A program made the translations under genes and the position numbers. From positions 1-58,478 of IMG/VR virus record IMGVR_UViG_3300021170_000022: DNA of 58,478 nt. One strand, given 5' to 3'. A model generated the notes under the pieces. That model was given only the letters and a program-made list of their open reading frames with translations, was not told where the DNA came from and did no database searches. How positions within the stretch are numbered: the stretch's first letter is position 1; each line of letters starts with the position of its first letter. Below, one piece after another: positions 53,157 to 58,478 of this stretch. The stretch comes from a virus (Duplodnaviria; Caudoviricetes).

Positions 53157-54740
53157 TTACTCCAAAATCTCTGCTGCAAGCGCGCGATATGTCTGCTCGG
53201 TAGTGCGCGTCGCGATTGCGGACGCATCCTTACTCGCCCAGCTGGCCGCAGCCGTTGTCAGCTCCCTAATCTGCCCGTCAATGACGGCAAGTTCACGCCG
53301 TGTTAGCTCGCAGTTTCCGAATCGGAGGGCCAGCATCGCCTGAGCCATCGAGCTAATGACGGGCCTCATTGCGACCGTGCAGGCGTGCGCCCGCTTGTCG
53401 GGCTCTCTCCGGATGACCCTCCCCACTGCATCCCTGAAAAGCTTCCGATAGGCTGGCGCCAGGCGGTTGAATGGCTGCGATGCACCTTCATCGCTGTCGG
53501 TCTCGCTGGTCTCAGGAGAGGCCTCTTCCAGCAGCAGCGCAGTCAATGGAATCATCGCTCCCTGAACAGTCCGCACGTCCCCGCCTTCTTCAGATGGGAT
53601 CGGGTTTTGACGCATGGCCTTCAGAATGTCGTTTGCCGAATAGACCCCGATGTTCCGCAGCGTTTGAAATCCGCTGGTCTGGCTGGCGAAATCGCCCCGT
53701 TGCAGATCGTTTAGATTGTGCTCCATGATGAATGGACCGTCGAGCAACTTCCGATTCACTTCCTGCTCGATCCTGACAGCATTAGGTCGCAAGCAATAGC
53801 GCACATGATCGAGCGATTGATGCTCGATATTGTTATTCGTGGCGCGCTGTAGGTCCTGCAGTAGGTGCATCGCCATGCGATACAGGGATGCAATTTCAAC
53901 CCGCTGGAACTGACGTGTAGTCAAAAATTGCGCTTCGTTTGGAGGAATGGTGATCTGCTGCCACTTCATTCCCTCCTCAAGCACGATAGGACGGAGCGCC
54001 TGATCGCCAGTCATGAGCTCCCGGAGAGATTTCTTGATGTTCTCCTGCGCTTCTTCTTCCAGCACTCCAGGGTGCGTGAGTATCCCTGTCGCCCTTGCAC
54101 CGTTGCCGAAAAATTGAGCCCCGAATTTCTCCGCCGCAAGAGCTAGGCCGAATGCATTTTTACATAGCTGAATGGGACTGAGCCCATTTACCCCATCGAA
54201 ACTTGCATACATGATATGCAGTACGTCTTCGGGATCCAGATGGACCGCGGCGCCGGTGTCCGTCTGCGTCGTCGCATATTTGAGTTCACCGGTAGGCAAT
54301 CTAACTGAAGCCGTCTTTCCAGACTCCAATGGCACCAATTCAATCACGCGAGCTGCTCGGTCCCGTTTGATCCAAGCGTAGCCGTTGCCCCATGCGAGCA
54401 TCGATGCCAGCAACGCGCCCCAGAATACGGATGCCGTCATATGACGATTCGGCTGATCATGGAGAATTGCCCACAATCGGTGATTCGTTGCCAGCCGCAC
54501 GCTGCCATCCGGCATGTGTTGCAGAATTTCATGGGACGTTGTTCCAAGGTCCTCGCTGATGATCTTGATGCAGGCCAAAGCGGTCGTAATCCGCATCGCC
54601 TGCTTTTCATTGATGAGAACACCGGCATCCGATCGCCCCAATCCAAGAGATTCGAACAGCGCTGACTGAGGAAGCAGCGGCTGGGCCGGATCCTCGAGCG
54701 TCATTGCTTGCACGCCAAGACTACGGCTTAGCAGCCCCAT
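53157..54740 (-). CDS. HK97-family portal protein
   Basis: QPN..MT...FW, WGNGYA, GLSPI, FGNGA, VLEEGM, QFL.TR.F, NNIEHQ. Confidence 0.95.
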   Translation of the reverse strand: MGLLSRSLGVQAMTLEDPAQPLLPQSALFESLGLGRSDAGVLINEKQAMRITTALACIKIISEDLGTTSHEILQHMPDGSVRLATNHRLWAILHDQPNRHMTASVFWGALLASMLAWGNGYAWIKRDRAARVIELVPLESGKTASVRLPTGELKYATTQTDTGAAVHLDPEDVLHIMYASFDGVNGLSPIQLCKNAFGLALAAEKFGAQFFGNGARATGILTHPGVLEEEAQENIKKSLRELMTGDQALRPIVLEEGMKWQQITIPPNEAQFLTTRQFQRVEIASLYRMAMHLLQDLQRATNNNIEHQSLDHVRYCLRPNAVRIEQEVNRKLLDGPFIMEHNLNDLQRGDFASQTSGFQTLRNIGVYSANDILKAMRQNPIPSEEGGDVRTVQGAMIPLTALLLEEASPETSETDSDEGASQPFNRLAPAYRKLFRDAVGRVIRREPDKRAHACTVAMRPVISSMAQAMLALRFGNCELTRRELAVIDGQIRELTTAAASWASKDASAIATRTTEQTYRALAAEILE

Positions 54741-54981
54741 TCGCCCCCGTGCTCACCAGCGGTTTCTTTGACCGTTCAATCAGCCACGCAAAGAGTAAAC
54801 ACCACACTGAGGCAAGTACTAGTGACGCCGGCCACCAAATCACCACCGCCGCGCCCTCCGAAAAGCAAATCCCGCCAATCAGCAACCAGTCCTGCAAATC
54901 CAGGTTTTTTGGTTCGGCCGGCGCAGGGACGCTTCCCGTTTGCGCCGGCGCGTCTTCGTCGATGATGATTCTGCGCCCCAT
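54721..54981 (-). CDS. small membrane protein upstream of the portal
   Basis: Two hydrophobic segments. Confidence 0.65.
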   Translation of the reverse strand: MGRRIIIDEDAPAQTGSVPAPAEPKNLDLQDWLLIGGICFSEGAAVVIWWPASLVLASVWCLLFAWLIERSKKPLVSTGANGAAKP

Positions 54982-55043
54982 CGATTTAAGCCCGTTTTGT
55001 CTCCGCCGGAGACAAATTCAATTCCGGGCAGATTTTTAGATTT

Positions 55044-55373
55044 TTAGGCGACCGCGACACCGTTCAGGGGGCCGGTATACCAATTTCCGTTGCGCGAGAT
55101 CAATTCCACGGCGCTTCCCTTCGTCCCATTGAACGTGAGCGTAGAATTCGAGCCGCCGTTTAGGCCAGCCGTAGGAGGGGAGCCGTTCGGTGCGATCGTG
55201 ATCACATGCGCGTGACCCGTCTCATCGATAAATCGAAGTATCTGTCCGTCCACGGTCGGAAGCGCAAGCGTCAAAGCTAGTGCGCCAGCTGCGTTGATGT
55301 GATTTAGCTCGGCGGGCGTGATCGCGCCGGCTAGCGTGATGACGTTCGGAGCTCTATTCGGAACACTCGACAT
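55044..55373 (-). CDS. putative head decoration protein
   Basis: GAIT, ALALTLALP, AH.IT, TF.G..G..VEL...NG.WY; strong AAGGAG RBS. Confidence 0.65.
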   Translation of the reverse strand: MSSVPNRAPNVITLAGAITPAELNHINAAGALALTLALPTVDGQILRFIDETGHAHVITIAPNGSPPTAGLNGGSNSTLTFNGTKGSAVELISRNGNWYTGPLNGVAVA

Positions 55374-55397
55374 AATTCAGTTCTCCTTTTTTGTGAT

Positions 55398-55718
55398 TTA
55401 TTCCCCGCGGGCCGTCCTGGCCGAATGGCACGAATGGCACAGCGAAAGACAGTTTGATTCCACTAAACGCAATTTCGGATACTGAGTGATCTTCCGGATA
55501 TGATGCACTTCAGTCGCGGCGCGCTCACAGTCCGCGCACACAGGATGGCGCCGCAAGAACCAGGCGCGAAATCTGCGCCAGATTGCGTCATATCCCCGCG
55601 CTGATGAATTTCCACGCCAGGAGTCCGGTTCTCCGGCGTGTTCCGCGCAGCGTCCGGATCGAAGTGCGTACTCTCCGCATCCCGGGTGAATACATGGCCG
55701 GACTGGAGCATCGGGCAC
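55398..55718 (-). CDS. HNH endonuclease (packaging-associated type)
   Basis: RPC.HPGC, RGYD..W, HPVC..C, EVHHI, N..SLCHSCH...TARGE. Confidence 0.92.
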   Translation of the reverse strand: MPDAPVRPCIHPGCGEYALRSGRCAEHAGEPDSWRGNSSARGYDAIWRRFRAWFLRRHPVCADCERAATEVHHIRKITQYPKLRLVESNCLSLCHSCHSARTARGE

Positions 55719-55720
55719 CC

Positions 55721-56203
55721 TTATTGACCATTCGTTCGCTCAACTTCATCCCACAGCAGCGTCATCTGTACTGTTCCCGAAATGGAATTAGTCCGAAACG
55801 AGTAATTTCGTGGCTGCGCCTTGAGCATCTCCAACCCCGCCAGGTTGACCAGGATCGATGTGCCGGCCGAAACCTGAAAAGCTTGAGACAGAATAGTTCC
55901 GCTTCCCACATTGCTCCCGGTGAAAACCAGTACGCCGGCGCTCGGGGCCTCCTGGGTGGAACTCGCGGCGGTCCCGGCGGTCGCCGTCGCAGCGGACCCA
56001 TCCCTTTCGACCTGCACCGTGCAGGCGACGGAGCAATAGATACTTACTGAACGCAGGATGGCGTGAACGATCGGAGTGGCGGGCTGCTGGACGGTCAAAA
56101 CGGCGGCCGACGAGCTGACGGTCGCATTGTAGACGGTCGAATAGTGAAAACTTTGGCCGTAAGCTGCACCAATCGCTACAAGCCACAACAAAATTCCTTT
56201 CAC
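55721..56203 (-). CDS. secreted beta-rich protein in the packaging module
   Basis: MKGILLWLVAIGAAYG|Q; CSVAC pair; AAGGAGG RBS. Confidence 0.7.
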   Translation of the reverse strand: MKGILLWLVAIGAAYGQSFHYSTVYNATVSSSAAVLTVQQPATPIVHAILRSVSIYCSVACTVQVERDGSAATATAGTAASSTQEAPSAGVLVFTGSNVGSGTILSQAFQVSAGTSILVNLAGLEMLKAQPRNYSFRTNSISGTVQMTLLWDEVERTNGQ

Positions 56204-56219
56204 GGTTTTAAGTCCTCCT

Positions 56220-58121
56220 TCATGCGCGAATTGCCATTGAATCCGCGGGCAGCGTCAACAAGCCCCTGCTGGCGTATATTGACCGCTTCGGCGCGCTTAC
56301 CAACAGCCTTGATAGCGTCATTAAGGCCGCCACAGCGCCGTCGATCTTGTTTTCGTCATCGTCCTTTCGCGGAAAAACGTGCTCATTAGCATCCTGGTGC
56401 GCCGTAACGTTCCCGATCATCCAGTTCATGATCGGATTCCCATCGTGATGGATGCGGCCCTCAACAATCAGCGCGTCCATCTCTTTCATCAAGGGAGAAA
56501 GCGTTTTTACGTTGCGCGGCACTTCCACCGGCTGCGCCTTCGTAAGCTTGCCGATGCATTGCGACAACTGCGCAGCATTCCACGGGTCATATGCGAGCTC
56601 TCGAGCCTTATACTCGCGGACATCATCCAGCGTCTCGTTCTGGACCAGCTCCAAGTCCACGACCGCGCCGGAATGGATCGTCATGTGCTCTTTCCAGCCG
56701 TGATAGTGTTGCGACTCCGGCCGCGCCACCTGCGCCTGCGGCAAATAGAACCGCGGGAAGAGAAAATAATGATCCTTTCCGTTGACGATCTTCTTGAATC
56801 CGATAATCCGCGCCGTGAAATCGCGCTTCGTCGACAAGTCCAACCCCACCGCGCACGGCAATCCTACGAATTGACGCGGATGTAGCGAAGCGTCGCCCAA
56901 CTCTTTCCATTGCTGGAGATTGAAATAGGCCTCATTAGCGCCTACCCACACACACAGGTGTTTGGTCTTGAACACACCCTGCTTCCGCGCGGTTTGAATC
57001 GCGGCCGACTGCTCCGTCACCAGGTAATCGCGAAAAACGCTCACATCGAAGTTCGGATTGGCCTTAATCAATGCGGCTTCCGACGTCCAGTCGTCCTTCG
57101 GATCGATCGTGTAAATGATCCCGAATACCTCGTCGCGTACCACGGACCCTGCCAGGATTTTCACGATATCGACCTGCAAGAGTTTGCACGGCCCCGCCAA
57201 CTTGAATCCAGCCGTCGTGATTACGAGTTGTATCGGCTGCTGCCGCGCTCCCATGCCGGTACGCAGCGTATCGAAGAGCGTGTCCGAGTCGTGTTCGTGA
57301 TATTCGTCGACAATCCCGCAGGTCGGCGACGCGCCGTCTCCCGGCTTCCGGACTACCACTTCGAAACGCGACCCATCCTCCGGAATGCGCATTTCCTGGC
57401 TGGTCGGGCTCGCGATCTTCACGCCGAGGAATTGCCGCAGCTCAATGCTTCGGTGAAGCATTAGCAGCGCCGGCCGGAAAACCTCCATCGCCTGGTCTTC
57501 CTTGGTCGCACCGCTATAGACCTCCGCGCCGAATTCGTTGTCGCAGGCGAACATATAGTCGCCGATGATCGCAGCCAGAATCGATTTTGCGTTTTTCCGC
57601 CCCACCTCGACGTAGGCGAGCGAAAATCGTCGCATCCCCGTCGAGCGCTTTACCCACCCGAAAAGGCAGCACAAGATGAAAATCTGCCACGGCTGCAAAA
57701 CTATCAGCTCCGCATTCGCCGCCCAACTGCCCTTCACATGCGGTAGCAGCTCTGCGAACCGGCAGATTCGATCCGCCTTGGCCTGATCGAACCGGTAGCC
57801 CCAGTCCCTCTTCGCTAAATCGTCCAAATGCCGGCGGCAGGCCATTTTCACCGTGTCACAAGCTGAAATTTCATCGCGAATTACCCGCCACGCATAATCT
57901 TCAGCGATGCCCGAAAAATCCTTAGATGCGGATCCCGATGCGAACCAACGGGCCGCAAACCCGATACTCAGCTTCGGCTGGATCTCATCCCATGCCGCGC
58001 CTCGTTCCGCCTCGGATTTAAACGCACTCGCACCATTCGGACCGAGGAGCAATTCGATTACCTGCGCCCGCGAAATCTGGTCGCCCGGCCTTACCCGAGC
58101 TTTACGATTAATTCTTGCCAT
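56220..58121 (-). CDS. terL: terminase large subunit
   Basis: LQPWQ.F, GRKNAKS, DEYHEH, ITTAG, GLDLS, YDPWNA, KIDG. Confidence 0.96.
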   Translation of the reverse strand: MARINRKARVRPGDQISRAQVIELLLGPNGASAFKSEAERGAAWDEIQPKLSIGFAARWFASGSASKDFSGIAEDYAWRVIRDEISACDTVKMACRRHLDDLAKRDWGYRFDQAKADRICRFAELLPHVKGSWAANAELIVLQPWQIFILCCLFGWVKRSTGMRRFSLAYVEVGRKNAKSILAAIIGDYMFACDNEFGAEVYSGATKEDQAMEVFRPALLMLHRSIELRQFLGVKIASPTSQEMRIPEDGSRFEVVVRKPGDGASPTCGIVDEYHEHDSDTLFDTLRTGMGARQQPIQLVITTAGFKLAGPCKLLQVDIVKILAGSVVRDEVFGIIYTIDPKDDWTSEAALIKANPNFDVSVFRDYLVTEQSAAIQTARKQGVFKTKHLCVWVGANEAYFNLQQWKELGDASLHPRQFVGLPCAVGLDLSTKRDFTARIIGFKKIVNGKDHYFLFPRFYLPQAQVARPESQHYHGWKEHMTIHSGAVVDLELVQNETLDDVREYKARELAYDPWNAAQLSQCIGKLTKAQPVEVPRNVKTLSPLMKEMDALIVEGRIHHDGNPIMNWMIGNVTAHQDANEHVFPRKDDDENKIDGAVAALMTLSRLLVSAPKRSIYASRGLLTLPADSMAIRA

Positions 58122-58434
58122 ACAACTTCAATTGCTTCCCGCTAGCTTCCTGATCCATCCCCAGCAACCGGAACGCCCGATGCATGATCAAAGTCGAATC
58201 GCGCTCGATCGATGTAGCCGGATTCACCTTCAGCACCCCAAACCGATCCTTGATGAGCGCCCCATGTTCAGCGATGGAAGTCCGTGCCTCATCCCGCCGT
58301 TCCAATGCATCAAAAAAGGTTTCCAGAATCCGCGCCGCCGCCGAATCGATCTCATACTCATCAACGATCCGCGTCCACCGCTCCTTCGAAAGCTCCGTAA
58401 GATGCCCCGGAGCCGCTATCTTTTCTACGCTCAC
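58108..58434 (-). CDS. terS: terminase small subunit (P27 family)
   Basis: AP.HL...S...W..I, I..HG..I.DRFG..K.NPA. Confidence 0.9.
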   Translation of the reverse strand: MSVEKIAAPGHLTELSKERWTRIVDEYEIDSAAARILETFFDALERRDEARTSIAEHGALIKDRFGVLKVNPATSIERDSTLIMHRAFRLLGMDQEASGKQLKLYGKN

Positions 58435-58478
58435 GCAAAATAAATTTTAGGGAATTCCCCATCCGCCTTTTTTTCGCG

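Noticed and set aside
25866-55181. SPP motif as a dispersed DNA repeat
   Set aside because: Synonymous codons differ between copies, so the constraint is on the protein. The tail-tube copy alone may reflect a common GDGASP-like loop and is weak evidence by itself.
58435-58478. cos site
   Set aside because: The position upstream of terS is suggestive and a GGGAATTCCC palindrome is present, but the cut site cannot be identified from sequence alone.

Overview
The window is most or all of one temperate, long-tailed HK97-fold (siphovirus-like) phage genome, transcribed almost entirely on the - strand. From right to left it carries terminases, portal, Clp-type protease, capsid, neck, tail, lysis genes, a divergent immunity switch, early genes, xis/int with a tRNA-derived attP, a primase-helicase and an iteron-rich origin. 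An Acidobacteriota host is inferred, not proven. A complete IS1595 element (23-bp IRs, 8-bp TSD) sits in the late operon. The two strongest signals are as follows. (1) A glycosyltransferase/methyltransferase/deacetylase cassette lies inside the neck module, and a Ser-Pro-Pro motif recurs 15 times with varied codons in nine late-operon proteins but not in the enzymes; this suggests a phage-encoded virion O-glycosylation system with its own sequon. (2) About ten virion-like proteins carry Sec signal peptides, mostly Gln at +1 and paired cysteines, suggesting appendages matured in the periplasm. Other oddities are duplicated tail chaperones in place of a frameshift, a remodelled bacterioferritin, a Cys-rich protease tail and a non-canonical lysis cassette. 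All product calls come from motif recognition by eye; no searches were run.
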